DNA of 64,000 nucleotides, taken from the NCBI RefSeq assembly GCF_009914755.1, contig NC_060925.1; one strand, given 5' to 3'. Shown piece after piece: positions 38,866-50,926 of the stretch. Below the pieces are notes generated by a model. It was not told the DNA's origin and made no database searches. It was given only the letters and a program-made list of their open reading frames with translations. Origin of the DNA: the human T2T-CHM13v2.0 reference genome, Homo sapiens. Within the stretch, counting starts at the first letter, position 1. The number at the start of each line of letters is the position of its first letter. The position numbers and the translations under genes were made by a program.

Positions 38866-39710
38866 TTAACACAGCAGTGGCAAAATAGGACTACTATTGA
38901 TTGATGTGTGACCCCATCTATTTTTTCACTCAACTTCTCTGGGAGTCCCACGAAGGCTTGGGGCCATGTCCATTTCTGTTCACTGTTGAATCTTAGGCAT
39001 CTAGTTCAGTGCCTGGCATCCAGAGGTAGTCAATGAATATTTATCAATTTAACATTGTTGAGACTCTATCATGTGAGATAAAAAGACACTAGAATATCCT
39101 GCCTTTATTACTTAGAGATTGAGTGACTGGCAAGTTACTTCTTTGTGCCTCAGTTTCCTCATGGGTAAAAGCAGAAGGGAATAGAATCATTAATCTTAGA
39201 GAATTGTTGAGAGGATTAAATATGCTTGACATCTGCCTCCTATAAAGTCAGGACTCAATAGCTGCAAACTCTTCCCAGTATTAGTAATAATATACTACTG
39301 GTAAGTATTGCAGAAATAAGGATATTTAGGATCACAAAGATGAATCACTGTAGCATAGGTCCAGAGATAAGAAAGTGGCTAAGGCAAGGCATGAGGTCCT
39401 GTCTTTGCACTACAAGGATTTTTCTTGACTTTTCAATGTTCAATAAATGTTTGTTGACTGAAAAATATGCTGACTCAGAGCCAGAAGAGAAGGAACTGGT
39501 GTAAGCCAGAGGAGACCTATCATCAGCCTACAAGACAGGGCACCGCCTTCCTGCCCAGTGAATTCTGAACCTGCAAGAAGGATACTCTGACCCACTGAAT
39601 GATTCCCTCTCTCGCAAGCACCTCCTCTCTGCCTCCCGTCCCTCAGGAATGCTCCTGTGAAGGTGAAACATGTGGATTCTGAAAGGGAACAGTGAATAGT
39701 TGCTCTTGTG

Positions 39711-39725
39711 CATTGTTATGCAAAT
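39711..39725 (+). promoter_or_regulatory. SOX-OCT (SOX2/POU) composite binding motif
   Basis: CATTGTTATGCAAAT: SOX site CATTGT plus octamer ATGCAAAT at canonical spacing, in repeat-free sequence. Confidence 0.7.
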
Positions 39726-40909
39726 ACTACACAAATTGGAGTCTTAAATCTGGCCTTAATGATGCCATTCTGCTTTGTCTTCCAGCTTCCCTGACACTCA
39801 TTCTGAGATGCACCGTACAGATGTTAGTTTATTATGTACACCAATAACTCATTCTACATCTCAGTGAGGTGGGCTGTTAGCAGCCACCATCACAGCTCTG
39901 ATAGTGATGGAATGCACCCCCATGAAAAATGTGTGATTTAAGCTCTCTGCTGCCCACAATTCAAGCGCTTTCTTTTATCAGGGCCCAAATGGCAGCTAAT
40001 CGAGTTACTGGCAAATCCAGAAACAACACAGATCCCACAAAGAGGCTGATTAAAGCTTACTTGAAATTTGGAAAATAATAATATTTAAAAATGATAACAT
40101 TAAAAAAAAAATCTCAAGACGCACAAAGAAAACCAATTTAGTTTGAGCCAATCCCTCATCCTCAGAAGGATTAGAAGAAAGGTTCTGCTTTATGCTAAAT
40201 GTGGAGACGGCTTTTGCAGCCAAAACATATAACATCCTGCTAATTATTCTTTCAAGCTTCAACATGTACTTTATTAATCTTTTTTTCCCACTTTAACAGC
40301 CACAGATGTAGACTTAATTCAGTGTGTAAGCAATAGAATTTGTTTAAGTTCACCATGTCAGCTGCATCTTTGGTGTCTGCCTCACAAGGGCGGGCAACAT
40401 TGGCAGGGCTCAGAGATGGAAGTCATGCCAATCATGTTTGGCATCATCCTTCCAGGAGATAACCTGTCTTTAGCATATCCCAGCCAGTGTACTCAAGGCA
40501 GAACAGTGTGGTCTCTTTTGAGAGTTGCTCAAAAGAAAGAGACAGCTGAAGGAGGACTAAAAGCAGTGATGATAAATAACTCCCTCTCCTACCTAAGGGT
40601 CTGGACGCTGTTCACTCCTCCCAACGGATCTAAATGAAAAATAGGAAAATAGACAGTGCAAAAAAATACTAATGACATAGAAACTAAACACTGAAAGTTC
40701 AGCTTTATTTTATATTTGGGGGCCATATTTTATTCTTTCACATGTCTGGCTATCCATTTGTTAATACATAATTAAATAAATTATATTACTTTATAATACC
40801 TACATAGTATAGAGAATCTTCTACGTGTCAAGCACTGTGTATGGGACTTAGGCATGTGGCATACAAATATTCTACTCTTCAAGAGAGGGAAGAAGAGAAA
40901 AAGAATCAC

Positions 40910-41125
40910 TATGCATGGAATACCTACTATTACTGTTTGTCAGACACTGTGTAGAGAACTCACAATAATAACCTCTATACCCTGAGAGATAGAGATTACT
41001 TCCATTTATAGATAAGAAATCTGAAGTTCAGAGAGTTTGAGTAACTTGCCCAAGATCATACAGTTAGGAAATATTGGAGCTGGGATTCAAATCCAGAACC
41101 ACCACACTCCTAATTCCCGGTTTTA
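40910..41125 (-). mobile_element. MIR SINE
   Basis: ccattttatagataagaaatctgaagttcagagag...aacttgcccaagatcatacag...gctgggattcaaatccag. Confidence 0.85.
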
Positions 41126-41189
41126 TCCCCTTCCAAACAGTTAAGGTGTATGGATCTTGTGGTAAATAATTATAATATAGGGTAAAGGT

Positions 41190-41520
41190 AAAAATGGGCC
41201 AAAACACAACAACATAAAACACTATGAAAACTTAGAGGAAAGCGAGAATGTGACCAGCTGGGAAGAGTTAAGTAAGGATCCCTAAAGAAGGAGGCAGGTG
41301 ACCTAGGTTTTAAAGGGTAAGTTAGGTATATAGCAATTAACATTAAAAAGGACATTTATAGGACAGAGAACAGCCTGAACAAAGATTAAAAAGCTGGAAA
41401 TCATGGATAAAGATCAGGGAGCTCAATCATAGCGGTTCGGTGTGTGAATAAAGCTAGATGAAAACAAGGTTAGGAATATAGTGTGGGATTAGATTGCAGA
41501 ACTTCTGATGCTACATAAAG
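41190..41520 (-). mobile_element. L2 fragment
   Basis: aagaaggaggcaggtgacctagg, ggacagagaacagcctgaacaaag. Confidence 0.55.
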
Positions 41521-42587
41521 CATCTTTCATGAAAAATTGTAAGAAAATTGATTCCATCTTCCACCTATGAAAGACTTAGAGAAATGTTTAGTTTCATGCC
41601 AATCCAAGACATCAGTTCAGTTAAAACACAAAACCTCTTACTGAATATGTCCAAGTTCCAGCAGGGCATTTGAGATCAGAAGGTTCAAGTTTAAGTTCCA
41701 ATTCTTCTACTCATTGACTCAACAACCCTGAGCACCTTATTTCATTACAGCCATGTTCTGGTGCTTGCTCATTTTCATTTTCTACAAGACTCACTACCAT
41801 ATGTATTGGTCTGGTCACGTTAAGCATCATGTGTCAATCATAGCAGGACAGTTAGTGGAAACATTTAAATAATGTCTATTATGTGCTTATTTATCCACAC
41901 ATATTCCAGGAAATGTGCATACACACCTACTAATGTAAGCTAGGCCCAAAAATTTACAAAAATATTCTTTAATTTCAAGCCTAGAACAACTCTAAAAGGT
42001 ATATAGCATTACCCCACTCTACAGATGAGGACACTTGATGTCTCAAGAATTTGACCAAGTCCAGGATCATATTCCTAGAAAGTGGAAGAATCCAGTCCTT
42101 GTAAACCTAGTGCTCTTTCCACTATATTACTATTGCCTCACGCTAACCATTTCAGTGAGTGGTTAATCTCTACACTGTGGAACCCATCAGAAGTGTCCAG
42201 ATAAACAATGAACAATGTTCAAACTTCATTTTTGCTGTATGCTACATATTGACAAAGGAAAACTGAAATAAGGGGGCACTGTGTAAGGTATAGCTTGCTG
42301 GGAATCATATATTATTGGGACTCATTCTACCTATTTTATAGTATATGATTGCTTTTAGGATATAGGGTTAATAGAGAGATAAAAGGAGACCATGCATGTA
42401 AAGATCTTTTGATAATATCAAGTATTGTAAGAAAAAGGCTCTGCTCTTCTTCCAGTTTAAGAAGAACTTAAGAAAATGTGTATAAAATAGTTGTTTGTAC
42501 ACTTGTTCTTTATTTCCCACCACTATAATAGAAACCATCTGAAAGCAAGGTGTGTGTTCTACTTATCTCTGACACCACCATAGTGGA

Positions 42588-42688
42588 ATATTTCCAGGAA
42601 ACTCAAGGTTTAGTGAATTAAACTATCTTTCCTTATATGATATTTCCAGGAAACTCAAGGTTTAGTGAATTAAACTATCTTGCCTTAT
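42588..42688. repeat. 52-bp-period near-perfect tandem duplication
   Basis: atatttccaggaaactcaaggtttagtgaattaaactatcttKccttat starting at 42588 and 42640. Confidence 0.95.
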
Positions 42689-42729
42689 GTCTGATAATGA
42701 TGATGGTAACTCATCATTGTCGTCACTGG

Positions 42730-42960
42730 GATTTGTTGAGCATTTACTATGTGCCAGGTATTGTATTAAATGCTTGGTTTTTATCAATTATTTTAACTTA
42801 CATAACAACCCTATGAAGTATGCATTATTATTTTCTCTATGTTCCAGGTTGGGTAACAAACATAGAGGTGAAGTAGATTGCTCCAATTCTCACAAATAGT
42901 CAGTAGCAGACCTAGGAGTCAAGTGTAGACAGTCTGGCATGTGTATCCAATGCTGCACTC
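42730..42960 (-). mobile_element. MIR SINE
   Basis: tttgttgagcatttactatgtgccagg...cataacaaccctatgaag. Confidence 0.8.
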
Positions 42961-43577
42961 TGCTAAAAGCTGTTATTCAGAATGTGTGAACAGGCCTGAC
43001 TTTTTCATAAGCAGCATTATGCCCATTCCCTCATCTAATCCTCATAACGGCCCTATAATGCAGATACGATTATTCCCACCTTAGAGATGCAGACACTGAG
43101 GCTCAAGGCCACAGACTTAGTTGGAAAGCAGCTGCATTCTTTTACTACAGAAAGAAGGATCATATTTTGCCTTCACTCAAGAAAAACATATACATACATC
43201 TGATAAAATTCCAAGAATTCTCAGAGCAATTACAGAGCCTCTTGCTACAAACACAACAGAACCTTCTTCAAAGCGCCACACATGCTTGGAAGAACACACA
43301 CATAAAAGCGCAATTTGAACACTTGTCGGTTTTACCCCCTTGTTGCAAGAGAAGAAGAATGTTTATGCATCAAAAAAATCTAGCGCATTTCCCAGTTTAA
43401 TTAGTTTTGTCAAGTGCCTGCAGTATGATTTCCATGTTAATTTCCCAATATCCCATTTCAGTTTCTTTATAGTCCACTTCAATTATTTGCTTAAAAATTG
43501 AGAGAGGCACAATAACTATGTTCAAATTCCACTTCATTCAACTAACATTTACTGATGTTCCATTTTGTACTAGTCCT

Positions 43578-43783
43578 GCAGGGCTCTCAGAAGCACAGCA
43601 CATGTGCTCTTACCTGTACTCCATGCCTATTGCAGACATTACTAATCTATCAGCTTCTCCTTCCCTTATTCCACACTCTCTGGGAAGTAGAAACCTCAAA
43701 ATTTGTCTCAGCATGGCCTTCCAGGCAACCAGTACCAACTGATTGATGCTGACATGGGAAAATGAAAACTATTTGCTATCCTA
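43578..43783. mobile_element. MER102-like hAT-Charlie element
   Basis: ttgcagacattactaatc, tccaggcaaccagtaccaa, aaactatttgctatcc. Confidence 0.55.
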
Positions 43784-44013
43784 GTGTCAAGCATTTTCTT
43801 ATAAATTTCTTTCCCATTTAATTCTCATGAGGCAGTGGTAACTACTATTTTTACTCCATTTTTACCAAAGAGGTAACTGTGGCTCATTGAGATCCTACCC
43901 AAATGTTAGTTATGAGACTGATGGGAAATCTCCCTGATCTCTTATATTTAGCATGACAACCACCAGGCCTTCACTTTCTGGTCATCTGTGGACCTGGCCC
44001 AGTATGGGTCTAC

Positions 44014-44040
44014 TTTCCTAGCCCCTCAGGGGCTAGGAAA
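44014..44040. repeat. 27-bp inverted repeat (13-bp perfect arms, 1-nt spacer)
   Basis: TTTCCTAGCCCCT-C-AGGGGCTAGGAAA. Confidence 0.95.
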
Positions 44041-44539
44041 AGGAATGTAATGTAAATGTAAAAGGAATGAGGAAAATAGTCTCTACCGGTTTATACTAAT
44101 CCCCCAGGTGGTAATAAGTATTCTTGTATTGGCCTGTGAAGCCATCTGTATTTCTGTACTTTTATAAATGAAATTGGCAGATCTGGAAGGGATTCAAGTA
44201 CTAAACTAATCCAAACTCTTCATCTTAAATCAAGGCCTATTTTCATTTCATTTAATCTTTAAGTCAGTCTTTGAGGTAGCCATATTATCCTTATTTTAAG
44301 AGGAAGCTGAGGCACAGAGTGGTTGAGTAATTTGTCTAAGGTCACAAAACTAGTTTAGTGGCACAGTCAATCCTCAGATCTTTCTCCTTTATAAGCCTAA
44401 GTATTTAATTATACATTTTCTTTCCTGATCTCTTCTCTCTTTTCCCTTTAGAACATAAATGTAAGGTAATCAATCAAAAAAACACAATAGTTTATTTCTT
44501 CAACTTCATTTTCGTCCCCTTCCTTCTAAAATTCTTTTT

Positions 44540-44842
44540 CTTTTTATTTATTTTTTGGAGACGAAGTCTCTTTCTGTCGCCCAGGCTGGAGTGCAGTGGT
44601 GCGATCTCAGCTCATTGCAATTTCCCCTCCACCTCCGGGTTCAAGCGATTCTCCTGTTCAGCCTCCCAAGTAGCTGGGATTATGGGCATCTGCCACCATG
44701 CCTGGCTAATTTTTGTATTTTTAGTAGAGACAGGGTTTTGCTATGTTGGCTAGGCTGATCTCAAACTCCTGACCTCAGGTGATCCACCTGCCTCGGCCTC
44801 CCAAAGTGCTGGAATTACAGGCGTGAGCCACCATGCCCAGCC
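44540..44842 (-). mobile_element. AluS SINE
   Basis: Full dimer ending gcccagcc. Confidence 0.96.
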
Positions 44843-45282
44843 ATCTTTTTATTGTGCATACATATATATTTTAAACAATAGATGATTGCTTAGTTATATA
44901 TTTAACAAAGTTCCCTGAGTCTTGTATAGTGACCATGAAATACAGAGATGAGTCACAAACTGTTTGTGCTCTCAGGGATATTACAGTCTGGCATGAGAAG
45001 GACTGACCAATCAGAGGCAATTCAAATGCAGTGTGGTTCTGACAGCACAAATACAGGAAATGAGGAAGCAGAACATCTGAGTTCTGGGCCCACTCAGAAG
45101 TGACCAGAGTAATTGATTATAGCTACTGACCCCTAAATCTCAACAGCTTAACATAATCTTAAGTGAGTCAGGAGGCTCTACTCCATGGGGTGACTCAGGG
45201 ACTCAGGTTGCCTTCATTATACGTCTCTGACACCCCTGTGGCCTCTTCAGGGTCCACTTCTGGATTCTTCCTTCTGGCCTAC

Positions 45283-45709
45283 TGTATATGTAACTAACCT
45301 GCACAATGTGCACATGTACCCTAAAACTTAAAGTATAATAATTAAAAAAAAATTAATGTTTGTGTTTCCCCAAACACAAACATATGTTTAAATTCTAATA
45401 CCCAATGACAGTATTAGGAAGTGGGGCCTTTAGGAGGTGATAAGGCAATGAGGATAGAGCTGTCATGAATGAGATTAGTGCCCTTGTAAGAACAGACACA
45501 AGAGCTTGGTCTTGCTCTCTGTTTTCTGCCACATGAGAATACGAGAAGATAACCATCTGCAAACTAGGAAGTGGCCCTCACCAGACAACATATCTTCCAG
45601 TGCCCTCATTTAGACTCCCCAGCCTCCAGAACAGTGAGAAATGAATGTTTGTTGTTAAAACCACTTAGTCTACAGTATTCTGTTATAGAAGCCAGAATCG
45701 ACTAAGACA
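45283..45709 (+). mobile_element. MaLR solo LTR, MLT1A-like, nested in an older - strand MLT1 remnant (about 45110-45820)
   Basis: aatgtttgtgtttcccc, gtggggcctttaggaggtga, gactaagaca end. Confidence 0.88.
45285..45352 (+). mobile_element. Very short young L1 3' end (L1PA2/L1HS-like)
   Basis: atatgtaactaacctgcacaatgtgcacatgtaccctaaaacttaaagtataataat plus A9. Confidence 0.92.
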
Positions 45710-45844
45710 TCTGCCAATGAGAGGGAAGAGAGAGAGACTGTGTGGCAGGCTGTGGAAAAGAGTTTAGAGATCAGATCTTGCAGAGGTGTATATCATCACT
45801 GGCCATTTAGTCAATATAACTTATGAGCCTCTGGGGTGTGGACT

Positions 45845-46065
45845 GACTCAATGCTCACTTTTCCTCTTCCTTATTACACAAAATGACTAAATTCCCCAAC
45901 TTTCCTTAAAGGTAAGGGTCCTGTAACTGGGTTCTGGACAGTGGAACACCCCTGACTCTCATGGCACAGTCTCGTCAGTCTGTGATATGAGAAACCTTTG
46001 TGGTATTAAGCTATTGAGATTTTAGGATCGTTACAGCAGCTTTTGCTAAATTAACCTGACTAATA
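45845..46065 (+). mobile_element. Old MaLR LTR remnant (MLT1H/I/J-like)
   Basis: Ends ttaagctattgagatttt...gttacagcagc...cctgactaata. Confidence 0.6.
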
Positions 46066-46285
46066 GAGATTCAATTTCTTTCATTCTAAAATGAAGATAA
46101 TAGTGCCCTGCCATGAGAAGCAAATAAAAAAGTGGGCATGAGAACTCCCAAGTGGTGTAATGTATTGTTTCCCATTATTCATTTCACCCTAGAAAAGCAG
46201 TTGGGATCTCAGGTACAGAGACAGCAAGGAAGGCCTCTCTGACCATTGTGTGATGCAGGACAGGACATCAGGCACTTCAGAGACC

Positions 46286-46300
46286 ACAGCAGGGGGCGCC
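46286..46300 (+). promoter_or_regulatory. CTCF-like core motif
   Basis: ACAGCAGGGGGCGCC against CCASYAGRKGGCRSY: one mismatch, CpG retained. Confidence 0.6.
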
Positions 46301-46558
46301 TGAGCCACATGCTCCACAAAAAGAGAAGAATTTTTACTGGGCTTCTTTCTTTAATAACAACAACCTTGTACACTTGTGTCAATTCCTTCATTACGACACG
46401 AGTGGTCATCCCTAGCAAAGAGTCTGTTGGACAGTAAATGTCAGGCACAGTTGAGCTAAAACTCCTTCCTGCAACATCTGGAGGGTTGTTTCCCCCTCAG
46501 AGCTGCTCCTACCTTGGTCCCATTGCATCCATTTTACTTGAATAATATGAATAATAAC

Positions 46559-46802
46559 CAGTGGTTTGCTGGAGCAGACTCACACCAGCTCAAGAGAGTC
46601 AGTTATGCACATCATTCCCAAGTCTTCATTCTGTGATGTCAGTAGCTTGAAATCAGTCATGGTGGGAGTGCTTACACCACAAAAACAGGCAAATGGGCAA
46701 ATCATGGACTTTTATCTTCCTTTATTTCTTCCTTTTCTTTTTTTCTTTTTTTTTTTTCTTTTTAAGATGACTGTAGTATAAGAATTCACCAGCACACCAC
46801 TG
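46559..46802. mobile_element. MER63-like hAT-Blackjack MITE
   Basis: TIRs cagtggtttgctgg / ccagcacaccactg; 8-bp TSD ATAATAAC/GTAATAAC. Confidence 0.85.
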
Positions 46803-46819
46803 GTAATAACACTTTTAGT

Positions 46820-47075
46820 AATAATAATGGTAGTAGCTATTATTTCCGGCATGGTCACAGTGTTCCAGGGCCATACTTAATAAATGCTAAATATGTTTCA
46901 TTTTACTTATTCCTTGTAACACTCATGGAATTAGCTGTTACTGTGTTACTCCTACTCCAAAGTGGAAAATAAAGCTCAGAGAAATTAGTAACTTGCTGAA
47001 GGACATGCAGCAATGAATTGGGAGTACAAGGTTTTGAACACAGCTCTGTCTGACTCAATGTTCATATTATTTCTA
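46820..47075 (-). mobile_element. MIR SINE
   Basis: aagctcagagaaattagtaacttgctgaagg...ttttgaacacagctctgtctgactc. Confidence 0.75.
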
Positions 47076-47419
47076 TTGTGTCATTAAATAAAAGGAGAAT
47101 TTGAGTTTCAAAATTGGATTCTTGAGGGTTATAATAAGGTTGTTTCTACCTAGGGAGGGAAAGAATAATAAAATACTTAAAATGCATCTGTCTTTGCATG
47201 AGATTACACAGTTTAGTAAAAACACTCTCTCACATGCTGTGGATATTAATCCTCCAGGATCTCTGTGAGTGATTCTAGGCAGTCACTGCTACACTCTTTT
47301 GGCAGATCAGTGGACTGGATTCATGCAGTTGGGTGGTTTGCTCCAGACCAAACAAAGATGGCAGGTGCAGATGTGGCCCTTGGGCCCTCGGTCTTCCACC
47401 ATGCTGTCAAGTTTTATAA

Positions 47420-47620
47420 CTTAAAAGATCACACTGCAGTCATATCTTGCCCCCATAAATTATGATTGCTTATTTATATATCCACCTCTGCCTATTCCAT
47501 GGGAGTCTCCTGACAGTGGTCTTAGAGGTCTTCCATCTCAGTGGCTCCAGGGGAAAGCACGATGGTGCCAGGCACATGGTGAATGTTTTATAAATGTCAG
47601 ATTAACGAATGGCTGAATAG
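47420..47620 (+). mobile_element. L2 3' end
   Basis: gtgccaggcacatgg...ataaatg...gaatggctgaat. Confidence 0.6.
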
Positions 47621-48497
47621 ATGGCAATGGAGTGAGGGAATCGATTTGCCTGACTTAATGAGGGAGAGATGTAACAGAGAGGCTGACAGGAAAGGGCCTG
47701 GTCCCCAAGATAGGAGGAAACAAACAAAAGAAGAAGAAAGAGGGTACAAAGAAGGGGGAAACAGTAGTCACTGGACAGCAACTTGAGTTTCTTTATAGCA
47801 GTTTCCAAAGGCTGTGCTAAGCTCAGCCCTCACAAACCTATGGTGAATTGGCTGCTTTTTAATCAGCAAAACTGCAGGCTCTTTTGTGAATCAAGCAAGA
47901 GAGCCAGAGTCAAACAAGAGAGAGCAGAGAGGCAGCTGCCCCACTTGTAGACTTGGCCTTAGCTATGCCATCCTGACCTATGCCAAATGGAGTCCATGGG
48001 CCTGAGATGGAGGCAGTGTCTTTGCCATTTTGGCCCAGCATTATGCCTTTGGCCCTACAGAACAACCAACTTTCCTCTTCAGAGCCAACTCTGCATCCCA
48101 TCTGGCCTTAGGCATCCCTCATGGTTTACATCTCCTGAACCTCTCACCTCCAACCCTTTAACTCCTCTTCCTTCACCTCTTCTGACTCTTGGCTCATTTT
48201 CCCATCTCCTCTTTCCATGTTGTCCCCCTCCCCCTAAACATGATACTTAATTCTGTTTCTTGACTCTGAAGTCTGGCTTTTCTCCGTGGCCACAAGCTGT
48301 ACTTCTGATTATGCTACCTTTGGCCTTAACGAGATAAACATATTGTCTAGTCCAGCCCAGCTGCCAAGACTACCCATGACAAGCTTGTCCTGAGCAGGGG
48401 CCCAGCATCCATGGCTTCTGTTGTTTTCTCCATGGAGAATGTGTTGGTCATGTTTGTGTTCCCAACATCTATGCCTCTCAAAATGATTTAACCATGT

Positions 48498-48636
48498 CAG
48501 TGGTTGCTCCTTCTTGGCTGCACCTTAAAATCACCTGGGATGCTTATTTAAAATCTAGTATCCACACCTATTGAAGATTTTATTTTAAAACATTTCAGAG
48601 ATCATTCTAATGTGTGGTCGGGATTGAGAATCACAG
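48498..48636. mobile_element. MER5-family MITE
   Basis: cagtggtt...ttggctgcaccttaaaatcacctggg...ttctaatgtgtgg...ttgagaatcacag. Confidence 0.7.
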
Positions 48637-48654
48637 GTCTAAGCCAATCTGTTA

Positions 48655-49270
48655 ATCCTATTTCCCTTGCAAGGGCATGCATGAGCCTGACATTTAATCA
48701 TGAAGCAAGAGATACAAACGGAAGCTGGGAGGTTCTGCAAGGAGGACACAAGAAAGAGACATGGCCCTTTCTCTGCATCAGGGTATGTCATTTCCAGATG
48801 AACTGCAAAGAACTTCTGCTGTCATTTTGCAGTGATGAAGGGACACAAACAGCCTGGGGGGGGGTAGTTGAGATACTGAAGATGGTAGAGTCCAGTAAAA
48901 TGGAAAGAGCTGGGTCCCCATCACGTTTCTAAATCAAATAACTAACCTGGCCTCTGATCTTATTTAATGAGATAATGTAGTTATTTACTGTGTAAATTGG
49001 GGGTCAGTACATTTTTTTTTCTGCAAAAGGCCAAAAGGTAAATATTTTAGGCTTTGCTAGTCACACAGTCTCTGAACCAACCATTCTGCCCTTGGACATG
49101 AAAACAGCTACAGACATTACATAATGAATGGGCATGGCTATATTTCAATAAAACGTGATTTACAAAAGCAGACAGTGGGCTGGATGTCACCTATGGACTG
49201 TTTGCCAATTTCCCATTTAAGTAATCCTGAGTCAGTGTGTCTTGTTACTTGCAGCCCACGGCATGTTAAG
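48655..49270 (+). mobile_element. Old MaLR LTR (MLT1J/K/L-like) interrupted by MER58A
   Basis: atggaaagagctgggtccc; ends tcttgttacttgcagcc...tgatac. Confidence 0.55.
48998..49214. mobile_element. MER58A hAT MITE
   Basis: ggggtcag...aaaaggcca...gtaaatattttaggctttgc...aatgaatgggcatggct...caataaaac...tttgccaa. Confidence 0.85.
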
Positions 49271-49299
49271 TGATACGAGGATGATTCCCAAAACTGAGT

Positions 49300-49600
49300 C
49301 TGCATGAACAACTATTCTCCCTGCTGAACCCCAGATACATATATTTTGTGTCTGCTAGTCAAATCCTCCTTGATGTCCCATAGGTACTTCAAACTCAACA
49401 TGTTCAAAACTGATCTCATCTTTCCCATACCTATCCCTAGGTCTGCCCCTCCCCTTGAACTTCCCACTTAGCAAATGCCACCATCACCTTGAGTTGCTCA
49501 AACTAAAAAGCCCTGAACAACCTTAATTGCCTCTATTGTCATTAGTCAGCCAGCCACTATGTTCTGTCAATCCAGCTATAAAATATTTCTCCATTCTCCA
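49300..49600 (+). mobile_element. L2 fragment
   Basis: gatgtcccataggtacttcaaactcaacatgttcaaaactgatctcatc. Confidence 0.75.
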
Positions 49601-50926
49601 TCTGTAATAAGCTATGTACTATGTACCAGGTGCAAGGCCAAAATAGTTTATAACAATGAACAATGCAGATGCAGCTACCACCCTCTCCAAGCTTAAGATA
49701 GGATCCTTGACGTACAATAGATAACACTATTAAAACCATTATTAAAACCTCCTACTTGCCAGCCTCTACACTAGGCACTTTACAGCGAGCGCTCTGATCT
49801 TCAGGACAAATCTGAGTGCACGTATTATTCTCTGTTATTCGTAGATAAAGAAATTGAGGTGAAGAAAAGTTGAATCTCTTGCCCATGGTCATGGTGGCAC
49901 AGTGGGGGCAGCACCATAATGGGAGGCATATCTGTCCTCACATGAAAGCCCAGGTTCTCCTCATTACCTCTAGTCCACTGATTGTTCATCCTTGCATGGG
50001 GTTGGCTTTCTGGACCACGTTGTCACTTTGGGAATACTAGATCAATCAGTTCGCAGGATGACACCTGGATCTCACTTTGGCAAAAAGCCCATGACAAACT
50101 TCTCATCAGCACAAGGGCTATGCGATTAGGCACAGGCTATTAAAACATCTCATGTTCGAAATCAGTCACTCTGTTCTCTGCCAGTTAGGACCACCACCTG
50201 TGCCCAGGCAGGGCTTTCTCACAGAGAACAACAAAAATCCAAGTGCTAGGATGTAGGCAGTGGGGGTCCTCAGCAAGATACTCTTTCCAAAATCATGGAT
50301 GGTCAGGTAAATATGACCCAAGCAGAGCTGAAATGCTCCAGCTGCCTCTGCCCTGTCATCTTCCTCTCACATTGCTAATTTGGAAGTGAGAGGATGGTTG
50401 AAGGAACACAACCCTAGGGCTGGACAGATCTGGGTTCAAATTCTGCTGCCACCTTGGGCAAGTCACCCAAACTCCCTTTGGCCCTGCCTCACCTTCAAGC
50501 TGGAACTATGCTACCTACCCACTTCCTAGGGCTACCCTGGGGGTAGAAGACAATGAGGTTTTTGGAGAAGCAAGGGAATTGTGGGGACCTGAGCGGTGCT
50601 CAGTGAGTGGCAGCCCTCTTCCCTACTGTGGTTGCTGTAATGACAAGCTCCCAACTGGAGGCACATGAGCTCATGGTAGCCCCTCTAGGTGGGGCTGGAA
50701 GACAAAGGTTTATTGAGCTCTTAATAGCTCAGGAGTCCCAGCCCTCCTTGAGGCTGCAGCCCAGCACTGTGCTTGGCACTTTAATGTAACTTATTTAATT
50801 TCTCTTTAACCTTTCATTTTAATAATAACACATTAAGCCATTTTCAGACAATAAAACCACGGTTCGCCAATTGACAGCTATAAAGTAAATAGAATTCAAA
50901 AGTAAGACTTTCTGATCATGATGCTT

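Noticed and set aside
42588-42688. Short direct repeats (also 5731, 50927, 58336) as CRISPR-like arrays
   Set aside because: Only two adjacent copies, no unique spacers, and a eukaryotic context with no cas genes.
44014-44040. Palindromes as pre-miRNA hairpins
   Set aside because: The stems are too short and the loops too small for a Drosha/Dicer substrate.
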